Source of the DNA: an uncultured Planctomycetaceae bacterium
Lineage (GTDB): Bacteria > Planctomycetota > Phycisphaerae > SM23-33
Length of the DNA stretch: 24,000 nucleotides
NCBI GenBank assembly: GCA_964392945.1
Contig: CAYMSH010000027.1
Location: 1 to 24,000 of the forward strand
Reading direction: 5' to 3'
Positions 12,336 through 20,792 of this stretch are shown one piece after another. The notes below the pieces were generated by a model. It was not told the origin of the DNA. It saw nothing but the letters and a program-made list of their open reading frames with translations, and did not search any database. Each line of letters starts with the position of its first letter. The first letter of the stretch is position 1. Made by a program: the position numbers and the translations under genes.

Positions 12336-15300
12336 CTACTTCGCCGCGATCGGCGCCATGCGGAAGTCCGGGCGGTCCTTGTCTCTAGGGTCGCGATAGC
12401 CTTTGTGCGTACCGTAGTACGGTACGTTGGCGTCGATCCAGGTTACGATCTTGACGAAGTCGGCCTGGGTCAGATTCTCTTTGCACGGGGCTTTGCGAAT
12501 CTGTCCGACCAGGCTGCTGCGATGCGAGCCGTGTGTCAGCGGCGGGACGGCCGGGAAGCCAGCCTGGCCGTAGCGTCCATCGCGATAGTTGACCAGTCCC
12601 TTGCCGATGATATTCTCGTAAGATCGGTTATATCGCTGGGTCAGCGCGTCGGTCAGGTCGAGGCGGCCTTTGGGTTTGGCGCCGCTGTGGCAGGAGACGC
12701 ACTTTTTGTTCCAGATCGGCTGCACGTCCGTAACGTAGTGGACCATGCGAACGCCTGTGTCGCCGGGTTGGGCGGCGATGGTCTGGGGCTTCTGGGTTAT
12801 CGCAGTCGGCCTGGTCTTGAGGGCCGGAGCCTTCCTTCGCAGCTCGTGGCAGCCGATGCAGGATCGGTGCTCCCCGGGCATGAGGTTGATGAACGTGGGC
12901 ATGTGCTGCAGGGCCATGTAGTCTTTGTCCAGCGCCTGGAAGAAGATGTTCTTTTTCGCCGGCGCGTTGAAGTACGCCGATCCGTCGGGGTGGACCTTGA
13001 CCACGCCGTAGACCCGCTTGCGATGGACATCGACATTCATGCCCATGCCGCCGTTGGGGTCAGTCCAGGGCCAGGCCAGGGCGCCCATCACGCGAACGTA
13101 TTTCACCCGGCCGCGCTCGATGCCGGTCATACCCTCGTAGATATCCTGGATGAAGACCGTGCCAGTCGTTGGCGGCTTCTTGCTGTTGGACTCGACGGCG
13201 GCGATCTGTCCGGGCTTGATGCGGGAAAGCAGCGGGACCGGCTGGTAGCAGTTGAAATTCGGGTCACTATAGAGCTTGGCTCGATTGCCCCAGGAGTCCA
13301 GCACATAGAGCCCGTAGCGTGAGGCCCTGCTGAGCTGGTGGGAGACCAGGAAGAACTTCTCGGAGAACGGGAACGGGTCCATGAAGACCCCGTGCCTGCT
13401 GGAGGGGTATCCCATCGAGTGCGGATATCCGACGGCCGGGGTGATGCAGTTCATCGCCTCGGTTGTGCGACGATTGCGGCGCGAGTCTACGAGAACCACC
13501 GAGCCGACGGCGTTGTAGTGATGTCCGCCGCCGATTGTCACTATGCGCTTCGAACCGGGAATCTCTCGCGAGCCGCTCATGCCTGCCGGCCAGACCGTGT
13601 TGTTCTTGTATATGTGTTCGACGCCGGTTCCGTCGGGTCGAATCGCCCAGATGCCGGCCCCGTTGCCCAGGCCCTTGTCAACGTACTCCCATCGCGTGTA
13701 GAGCACGCGTCCGTCGGAGAGGATCGTCGGAGAGGTTTCATTGACCGGGCTCTTGGAAAGCTGGCGAACGTTCTTGCCGTCGGCGTCCATGATGTACAGC
13801 GTCGAAACTCCTGACCCCGCAGCGCAGAAAACGTTATGCATCGCGCGGGTCGAGGTGAACATTATCTTGCCGTTGGGCAGGTAGCACGGGTCCATGTCGT
13901 CAAAGAAACGGGCCCCTTTCCGCACCACGTCGCACCGCCTGCCCTCGTCTTCGGCGGCGCTGGTGAAAGTAAGCTGGGTCAGCGAGCCGGGGATCATTTT
14001 CCCCGCAGCGGGGTCGAGCTTGATTTCGTACAGTCGGAAGGCGTCGTCGGGCTTCTTCCTGTAGGCGAAGATCAGCCGCCTGGCGTCGAACGACAGGTCG
14101 AACCGATCGAACAGTCCGCCTTTAAGCTCCGGCACGAGGTTTGTAACTTTGCCTTCGGCCCCGATCGGCGAAAGGACGCAGATGGCTCCGCCCATTTCCC
14201 TGGCGCCCTGGTCGTTGTAGGTATGTCCGTAGTGAGTTGTGTCGGGGCGCTTGAGGAACAACAGTTTCTTACCGTCGAACTTCAGCGCCGGATGGCTCAG
14301 CATTGCGTCGCGGCGCATGAGAGTAAGCGAATCGTGCATTTGCTGCAGCTCTTCGGGACCGCCTTCGGCGTTGACCTTGGCCTGAGCGCCTTCGAGTTTC
14401 GACAGTTGTTTGAGCCACTCGGCGCCGCCGGGATACCGAGCGCCGTAAGTCGCGGCGGTGTCGGCGATCGCCATACGCAGCGTGGCGGTGTTGACCGCGC
14501 CCGGGGCCAGGAACACGTTGCGATAGCGCGGCTCGACCCTTGTCAGGTCGACTGTTCGCAGCGGCGGGCTCCATCCGGCCGGAAGTTTTTCCGGTGCGTC
14601 GAGGCGCAGCTCGGCCAGGTTCGGCAGCGGTCCGCTCCGGGCGAACTTCAGCGTGTGCCTGCCTTTGGGGATCGACACCTTCAGAGGCGGAGCCCACAGC
14701 GCGTATCTGCTGGACCACGTGGTCAGGATCGGATTCTCGAACGGCGCCGAGCCGAACGTCACGCCGTAGCAGCATTTGCCCAACGGCTTGTTGTCCAGGA
14801 ACACGTTGACCGGGCGGGCCTTGGCCGCGGCGTATTTAACGTTAAGCAAGTACTCGCCGCTGACCGGAACACTGATATCGTATTCGACGAACACCTGTTT
14901 GGCTCCGACCGGTCCGCCGCCGGCGAGCGTGCCGAAGTCGGCGTAATGGTCCGGGTTCGAGTAGATCTCGGCGTTCCCGCGATCGAACGTGCACGCGTCG
15001 ATCGTAATCGATCCGGGCGGGCGGGGTTTGCGCCTGGGCGGAAGCTCGGCGGGGGCTCGCATCGCCGCGACGTCAATCTTGCTCGATGCGGCCAGCGACT
15101 TGCGAAACTCCGCCGGGATGCTCTGGATGTCGCGCACCTTGAACTTCGGCGGACTCCAACTGTCGGGAAACGCTTCATCGGTATCCAGGCGCAACGCAAC
15201 GAGGTTCGGCATCGGGCCGCGACGGGTGATCTTTATCGTCTTAACGCCTTTAGTGGTCTTCAGGACAACAGTGCTATGTTTCGTCGAAACGGTTTCCCAT

Positions 15301-15674
15301 CGAGCAGCGCTTGACGCGGCGCTGCGTTTGTCGGATTTCGGGGCAAACGTTACGCCGGTGCACGTCTTGGCCTCGTTCCGGGCGTCGAAGAACAGTTCAA
15401 CCGGACGGGCCTCAGTAGCGGTATAGAGGATATGGATCGTGTACTGGCCGTCAACGGGAATATCGACGTCGTATTCGACTGTCCAGCCCCAGGGCTTCTT
15501 CTCGCCGCCGACTACGATCGGCCCGGCGTCGGCGAGCTTGCCCGGATCGGCGTCAATCCGAACGTTTCCGCGAGCGAACGACCAGGCGGGAATCGTCAGC
15601 GATCCGGCGTCGGCCTGTATCGCAAGGCCCAGAATCGCCAGTAGAATCAAAGCCAGACGCGATCCGATCTTCAT
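12336..15674 (-). CDS. Secreted multidomain protein, paralog B1: two CBM-like repeats + PD40/TolB-like beta-propeller + tail with two CXXCH motifs
   Basis: Signal peptide MKIGSRLALILLAILGLAIQADA from ATG 15674, with GGAG SD. Two internal repeats share (F/C)xFxRGN...YxxxxARPVxxF...GPxPNLxxLRLD. Propeller-like segments (DGKxxF, VNETSPTILSDGRVLYTRWEYVDKG). CIGCH at 12846-12860 and CVSCH at 12687-12701; the second sits in a PSCyt1-like context (CVSCHSGAKPKGRLDLT). Confidence 0.8.
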   Translation of the reverse strand: MKIGSRLALILLAILGLAIQADAGSLTIPAWSFARGNVRIDADPGKLADAGPIVVGGEKKPWGWTVEYDVDIPVDGQYTIHILYTATEARPVELFFDARNEAKTCTGVTFAPKSDKRSAASSAARWETVSTKHSTVVLKTTKGVKTIKITRRGPMPNLVALRLDTDEAFPDSWSPPKFKVRDIQSIPAEFRKSLAASSKIDVAAMRAPAELPPRRKPRPPGSITIDACTFDRGNAEIYSNPDHYADFGTLAGGGPVGAKQVFVEYDISVPVSGEYLLNVKYAAAKARPVNVFLDNKPLGKCCYGVTFGSAPFENPILTTWSSRYALWAPPLKVSIPKGRHTLKFARSGPLPNLAELRLDAPEKLPAGWSPPLRTVDLTRVEPRYRNVFLAPGAVNTATLRMAIADTAATYGARYPGGAEWLKQLSKLEGAQAKVNAEGGPEELQQMHDSLTLMRRDAMLSHPALKFDGKKLLFLKRPDTTHYGHTYNDQGAREMGGAICVLSPIGAEGKVTNLVPELKGGLFDRFDLSFDARRLIFAYRKKPDDAFRLYEIKLDPAAGKMIPGSLTQLTFTSAAEDEGRRCDVVRKGARFFDDMDPCYLPNGKIMFTSTRAMHNVFCAAGSGVSTLYIMDADGKNVRQLSKSPVNETSPTILSDGRVLYTRWEYVDKGLGNGAGIWAIRPDGTGVEHIYKNNTVWPAGMSGSREIPGSKRIVTIGGGHHYNAVGSVVLVDSRRNRRTTEAMNCITPAVGYPHSMGYPSSRHGVFMDPFPFSEKFFLVSHQLSRASRYGLYVLDSWGNRAKLYSDPNFNCYQPVPLLSRIKPGQIAAVESNSKKPPTTGTVFIQDIYEGMTGIERGRVKYVRVMGALAWPWTDPNGGMGMNVDVHRKRVYGVVKVHPDGSAYFNAPAKKNIFFQALDKDYMALQHMPTFINLMPGEHRSCIGCHELRRKAPALKTRPTAITQKPQTIAAQPGDTGVRMVHYVTDVQPIWNKKCVSCHSGAKPKGRLDLTDALTQRYNRSYENIIGKGLVNYRDGRYGQAGFPAVPPLTHGSHRSSLVGQIRKAPCKENLTQADFVKIVTWIDANVPYYGTHKGYRDPRDKDRPDFRMAPIAAK

Positions 15675-15693
15675 GGCAAATCTCCGTAAAAGA

Positions 15694-15741
15694 CACTGAA
15701 ACAACAGAATACCATTCTACACGTAACGCGGTGTTTCAGTG
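15694..15741. promoter_or_regulatory. 10-bp perfect inverted repeat with a nested palindrome in the divergent B1/A2 intergenic region
   Basis: CACTGAAACA (15694-15703) and TGTTTCAGTG (15732-15741). A nested AGAAT-ACC-ATTCT lies at 15706-15718. The element is 20 nt upstream of the B1 ATG and about 75 nt upstream of the A2 ATG. Confidence 0.45.
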
Positions 15742-15814
15742 AGAATTTCTCTTTTCTGGAATATTCGTAGGCCTTTGTCGTATAACTTCCTAGTCCCTAC
15801 ACAGGAGTCTTTTA

Positions 15815-18800
15815 ATGGCCAAACGGGTATGCGTGTTATGCTTGATGTTACTGGTCCCGGCGACCTCGGCGAGCGCGGGCGGGTACGACTTTTTCGCCCC
15901 GGCGCGATACCCCGGAGCCGGCAGGGCGCCAGGCGTCGATCTGTATAAGGTCAACCAGGCCGGCGGGCCGTCCGCCGCGGGCTACCAACGCCGCGTCGTT
16001 AACTGGTGGCCTCGCAAGGGCGTCGATATCATCGAAGTCAAAGACGGCATGCCGCTGCGAACCTGGACCATGCGCGACAGGAAGATGGATCCCGACGCCG
16101 TCGGCGAGCACCTGATGCTCGGGATCGAGACGCTGACCAGGCGACTGAGCTGGAACTGGAAGCGAGTTGGCAAATTCAAGGCCCGCCTGATCGCCTTCCG
16201 GGGGATAGGTAATCGTTACGGCAATCCGTTCGAACCGGGCGAGTATCACTGCCCGGGCGTCGTGCTGCTGCTGGAAGACGGGACTAAGCGATGCTTCACC
16301 CGAGGCACGTTCATCGAGGCCGACGAAAAGTACATTCTGGCCCTCTACCTCAAGGAGATGGCCCGCCTCCGCGCCAACGGCCCGAAAGACAAGTTCCAGC
16401 TCGTGGAAAACAGGTTAAGCCGCTGGCCCGACAACGCCAAACCGGGCCAGCCCGGGACCATGCGCGTCGAGAGCGAACACATTGTCTGGGTCTCCGGTTC
16501 GCAACACGCCCCGAACGAGAAATACAGCCCGTGGGTCGATCGCGACTATCCGGAAAAGGCCCGTCTCTATCGCGAAGGTTCAGTTGCGTTCGGCGAGGAC
16601 ATGTGGTCCTACCACGCATACGCCGGCGTGCTGATGCCGTACTGGGACCGCACCGAACAGCACAAGTATGTCGTAACAGTAGTCGGCACCTACCGTGACG
16701 GGCACCAGTGGCTCGGCGGTTACGCCGGCGGCGGATACGGCGGGTGCGGAATTAAATTCGCCGGCGGCGGGCCCTGGGGACTCGTCCTGGCCCACGAATG
16801 GGGACACGGACTGCCGATAAGCGCCCCAGTCGGAGCAGGCGGCGGGGAGACAGTCTCGGACGCATGCCAGGCCATATGCGATCCCGCAGCGCCGATGTTC
16901 TACCAGAACGCAAAGAGGCCCTGGCGGAACTGCATGCACGAGGGATACGGAACGTGCCTGTTCTACGGGATCATGGGCGACGATCCCAACTGGGGATACG
17001 CCATGGCGATCACCCCGCCGGTAGGCGCCGGCGAGAAATCGGTCTTCCACACACTGGCTCGCGTCGGCCGGCAGCGCGGGCTCTTTGAAAACGGCGTCCG
17101 CGGCGTCGGCGACATGATGGGCGAATTCGCGGCCCGCCAGGCCGAATTCGACTGCGAAATACGCGAGAACCTGCGGCGCGATCACATCTCGGTCAAGCGC
17201 AACTGGCTCGAGGCGGTCGATCGCAAGACCGGTCTGTACCGAATACCGTGGGGCGAGTCGCCGGAAATGTTCGGGGCGAACATAATTCGCCTCGTGTCGA
17301 AAAAGGGCGCATCCGAGATTTCCGTAGACTTCCGCGGATTCTACGACCCCGACACCCGCGGCGACTGGCGGGCGTGTATCGTGGTCGTCGGAGCCAATGG
17401 AAAAGTTCGCTACTCGCCGCTCTGGAACAAGGGCGTAATGAAGATCGCGATCGGGCCGACAGATCGCCGGTTCTGGCTGACGGTGGCCGCCACTCCCACA
17501 GCGCTGCCTACCCCTGAAGGAGGCGGGATCGGAGCCATGCTATACGGGCGCCACGCCTACCGTTATCCGTACGAAGTAAAACTCTCCGGCTGCAAACCGG
17601 GCACGCCGCACAACATGCCCGGCGATGTTGACGACTACGGGCTGTCGTATCTCGGGGGCTTTCGGAGCAGGTTCGACGGCGGGGTATGCGTGATCCCGCA
17701 CCCCGGCGACAGCGCCGAAGCTGCGATCCTGAACAAGGCCGTAGCCCCGCTTCGGGCCCAGATCGATAAGGTCAAAGATGCGGCCAAACGCTTCCTGGCC
17801 GAAGACAAGATCGACACGAAACACTACCGCTACCTCCGCCGATTCAAACCGCACCTGGCGTTCCTGGACAACTGCGTAAACTGGATGCTCGACGGGACAA
17901 AAGGCTCGCGACATCCCAACGGCGGCGGATGGGTCAGCGCCTCGTCCACAGTGGCGCCGACGGCGTACGTGGCGCCGGATGCGATGGTGCTCTACGGAGC
18001 CAAGGTGCTCGACAATGCGGCGATCGAAGATTACGCTGTGATCAAGGGACCCAAAACGGTGGTCTCGGGGCACGCCAAGGTCAGCGGCCAGGCGTATGTC
18101 GCAGGCGACGTGAAGATCGGCGGACACGCGCGAGTGGTCCATCCGATCATCTCCGAAGACGTACAGGTAACGCCGAATGAAGTTCCGCTGCGCCCGTTCC
18201 AGGAAAAGAATGACGGTAAGAAACTCTGGGCCAACTACTCCATGGACCGCCCCGAAACCCAAGTGCTGGAAGACTGGTTCCGGTACAAGGACAGCCACGG
18301 TATCCGCGGGATGTTCTACGTGCTGAGCCTGAACGGGCATCTCTGCGGTAAGCCTGAATTCTTCATCGATGGCGATCGGCGAGGATTCGCTTTCGACGGC
18401 AAGACCCAATACGCAGAAGCCTCGCCGCTCCTGGCCGACCTGGGGCAGATCACGATCGATATCGCCGTCAAGTTCGAACGCAGCGGCGCTCAGACGCTCT
18501 TTGATTTCGGCAGTTCTCCCGATAACTGTTTTGTGTTGAAAACTGTGCGACACGGCAAGCCGGAGTTAGTCGCGAAGGTAAGCGGTAAGACCGCTGTAAC
18601 GCTGACAGGCGACAAAGCGGTTTCGCCGAACAAGTGGGTTTCGATCCGCGTGGAAATTGACGGCGACAAGGCGTCGCTCTGGATCGATAATCGAAAAGTC
18701 GCACGGAAGGCGTCAAGTTTCCGCCCTGCTGATGCGTATCCCGCCGGAGCCGAAAAACGCAACTTCATCGCCGCCGGCAGAGATGCGACGGGACACTTCA

Positions 18801-19783
18801 AGGGCAAGCTGGACTACCTGCGCGTCTACCACGCGGTCTTCGATGATTTCGCCAAGGCCCCAGCGCCGCGCCGCCACGCCCCGCGGAAGATCACCAGCGA
18901 GTTCATCGAAACCTGCAGCAAACTCTACGAAGGATCGGCCGCCAAACGCTCGGCCGCAATAGACGCCAAACTCAAGCCACAGTACGCCTTCTATGAAGCG
19001 ATGGCCAAACGCAGAAGCGAACTGCTCAAAGAAATCCAAAGCGCCGACTCGCAAGCCGTCGCCGACGCCAACCGCAAACGCGATGAGATCAACGGGAAAC
19101 TCAGCCAGCGCACGCGCGAGCTGCGAACCGAGTTCGACAAGCTCCCCGAAACGATCAGGAAACAGGCCGAATACCGCAAGCTCGAAGACCAGGTGCGCAA
19201 ACTAGACACGCAACGCCGCGAAGCGATAAAACAGTTCGAAGCCAAACACAAAATCGACAAGAACGATCGCAACCAGCGGCGGCGTATTGGCAAGCTGGCC
19301 GAACGGGACCCGGCGATCGCGAAACTGGCCCGCGAGATCAACGCCTTGAGAACTCGCGCCAGGTCGCAGCGGCCCAATGCAAGGGCCTACGTCGATCAGC
19401 GAACTGTCGAATTGAGACAGCAGGTCACAAGGGCCGGCGTGGCTGTTCAAAACGCGGTCAAACAGAACACGGCCGCCAGGAAGCCCGAGTACGACTGGCT
19501 TACGTCGCTGGGCTGGATCGCCTACAGCAGGCATTACAACTATCCGTACAAGTCGTACATGCAAAAGAGAATCGGGAGGACCGTCGGCGGGAAGATCTGC
19601 CACGAGAATTTCGGTTCGCTGAAGTCGATCATGAATTTGCAGAACAAGACCCAATGGCGATCGACGTGCGATTGGGAATGGCGGCTGAAAAAGGAACTCG
19701 ACGGTTCGATCAAGGATCTCCCGCTGATGCGTAAGTGGCTCAATCGCGTGCGAGGGACAGTTAACGGCGAACGACAGGAATAG
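15815..19783 (+). CDS. Large HExxH / LamG-like / coiled-coil protein, paralog A2 (intact, with signal peptide and an extra insertion)
   Basis: 1322 aa. AGGAG SD 8 nt upstream. Signal peptide MAKRVCVLCLMLLVPATSASA. HEWGH at 16793-16807 plus GGGE. LamG-like segment (FDGKTQY...FDFGSS...WVSIRVEIDG...LWIDN). K/E/R-rich coiled coil. Trp-rich tail (CDWEWRLKKELDGSIKDLPLMRKWLNRVRG). Confidence 0.85.
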   Translation: MAKRVCVLCLMLLVPATSASAGGYDFFAPARYPGAGRAPGVDLYKVNQAGGPSAAGYQRRVVNWWPRKGVDIIEVKDGMPLRTWTMRDRKMDPDAVGEHLMLGIETLTRRLSWNWKRVGKFKARLIAFRGIGNRYGNPFEPGEYHCPGVVLLLEDGTKRCFTRGTFIEADEKYILALYLKEMARLRANGPKDKFQLVENRLSRWPDNAKPGQPGTMRVESEHIVWVSGSQHAPNEKYSPWVDRDYPEKARLYREGSVAFGEDMWSYHAYAGVLMPYWDRTEQHKYVVTVVGTYRDGHQWLGGYAGGGYGGCGIKFAGGGPWGLVLAHEWGHGLPISAPVGAGGGETVSDACQAICDPAAPMFYQNAKRPWRNCMHEGYGTCLFYGIMGDDPNWGYAMAITPPVGAGEKSVFHTLARVGRQRGLFENGVRGVGDMMGEFAARQAEFDCEIRENLRRDHISVKRNWLEAVDRKTGLYRIPWGESPEMFGANIIRLVSKKGASEISVDFRGFYDPDTRGDWRACIVVVGANGKVRYSPLWNKGVMKIAIGPTDRRFWLTVAATPTALPTPEGGGIGAMLYGRHAYRYPYEVKLSGCKPGTPHNMPGDVDDYGLSYLGGFRSRFDGGVCVIPHPGDSAEAAILNKAVAPLRAQIDKVKDAAKRFLAEDKIDTKHYRYLRRFKPHLAFLDNCVNWMLDGTKGSRHPNGGGWVSASSTVAPTAYVAPDAMVLYGAKVLDNAAIEDYAVIKGPKTVVSGHAKVSGQAYVAGDVKIGGHARVVHPIISEDVQVTPNEVPLRPFQEKNDGKKLWANYSMDRPETQVLEDWFRYKDSHGIRGMFYVLSLNGHLCGKPEFFIDGDRRGFAFDGKTQYAEASPLLADLGQITIDIAVKFERSGAQTLFDFGSSPDNCFVLKTVRHGKPELVAKVSGKTAVTLTGDKAVSPNKWVSIRVEIDGDKASLWIDNRKVARKASSFRPADAYPAGAEKRNFIAAGRDATGHFKGKLDYLRVYHAVFDDFAKAPAPRRHAPRKITSEFIETCSKLYEGSAAKRSAAIDAKLKPQYAFYEAMAKRRSELLKEIQSADSQAVADANRKRDEINGKLSQRTRELRTEFDKLPETIRKQAEYRKLEDQVRKLDTQRREAIKQFEAKHKIDKNDRNQRRRIGKLAERDPAIAKLAREINALRTRARSQRPNARAYVDQRTVELRQQVTRAGVAVQNAVKQNTAARKPEYDWLTSLGWIAYSRHYNYPYKSYMQKRIGRTVGGKICHENFGSLKSIMNLQNKTQWRSTCDWEWRLKKELDGSIKDLPLMRKWLNRVRGTVNGERQE

Positions 19784-19787
19784 ACAT

Positions 19788-20786
19788 ATGAAATCGCGAG
19801 TATTTACGTTGGGACTATTGACGCTGTCGTTGGCGTTTGGGCCTTCCGGGACCGGGGCGGCGCCGTCTGTGCGCGTCAAGCTGCTGGTCGACAAGGATTA
19901 CACCGTTCCGAGCGTTGGGATGAAGATGAAGCTCATCCCGGCCGGTTCGTTTACGATGGGAAGCGCCAAGAGCGAACCGGACCGTCGTGCCGACGAAACC
20001 CAGCACAAGACCACTATCAGCAAACCGTTCTACATCGGCGTCTACGAAGTCACGCAGAAGCAGTACTACGACATAGTGCTGCCGAATTTCGATCACGACA
20101 GTTGGCAGTACTCCCGCGGCCCGCTCCACGCCGGCGCGGCGTTCTTCTACCGAGCCAGGAAGGCCCGCTACGTTTACGAAGGCGGAAAGCTGAACCTCCA
20201 GCATCCGATGGAATGCGTCACGTGGGGCAAGGCGATGGAGTTCTGCAAGCAAATCACCCAACGCGAGCGCAAAGCCGGCCGCCTGCCGAAAGGCTACGTC
20301 TACCGCCTGCCGACTGAAGCTCAATGGGAATACGCCTGTCGCGCCGGGACCAACGGTCCGTACAACGTTGACTGCGACGGAAAGAACGCCAAGCAGCTCA
20401 AGAGCCCCAGGTACCTCAAGAGCTTCGCCAACGTAGGCGAGGGCAAGCCGATCGACGTAGGCCAAAAAAAGCCCAACGCCTGGGGACTCTACGACATGCA
20501 CGGAAACGTTTACGAATGGTGCCTCGACTGGTACGCCCCGTACGCCAAAGGCGACGCCAAGGATCCCGCCGGCCCAGCCGACGGCAAGAAGCGCGTCGCT
20601 CGCGGGGGGTGTTTCAACGGCACAGCTCCTCACGCCCCGCCTGGAGTAATCGCACGGGCCGACAGCTTTTCCAGCATAGGCCCGTTCCTGCGATCGGCGG
20701 CCCGGTCCAGCTTCCACCCCGACGTGAACTTCTACGCCATCCTCGGATTCCGCGTAGTCCTGGCGCCGGAGATCGGTGTGAAATAG
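19788..20786 (+). CDS. Secreted FGE-sulfatase/SUMF1-fold protein, paralog F2
   Basis: 332 aa, starting 4 nt after the A2 stop, with AGGA SD and a signal peptide. Same family segments as F1 (MKLIPAGSFTMGS, RLPTEAQWEYACRAG, NAWGLYDMHGNVYEWCLDWY, RGGCF, LRSAAR, LGFRVVLAPE). Confidence 0.85.
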   Translation: MKSRVFTLGLLTLSLAFGPSGTGAAPSVRVKLLVDKDYTVPSVGMKMKLIPAGSFTMGSAKSEPDRRADETQHKTTISKPFYIGVYEVTQKQYYDIVLPNFDHDSWQYSRGPLHAGAAFFYRARKARYVYEGGKLNLQHPMECVTWGKAMEFCKQITQRERKAGRLPKGYVYRLPTEAQWEYACRAGTNGPYNVDCDGKNAKQLKSPRYLKSFANVGEGKPIDVGQKKPNAWGLYDMHGNVYEWCLDWYAPYAKGDAKDPAGPADGKKRVARGGCFNGTAPHAPPGVIARADSFSSIGPFLRSAARSSFHPDVNFYAILGFRVVLAPEIGVK

Positions 20787-20792
20787 CCTTAT

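Noticed and set aside
19788-20786. Calling F1/F2 formylglycine-generating enzymes (sulfatase maturases).
   Set aside because: The fold signatures are present, but the catalytic cysteine pair region is replaced by a variable insert. No sulfatase gene or CxPxR motif is nearby. Only the fold-level call is supported.
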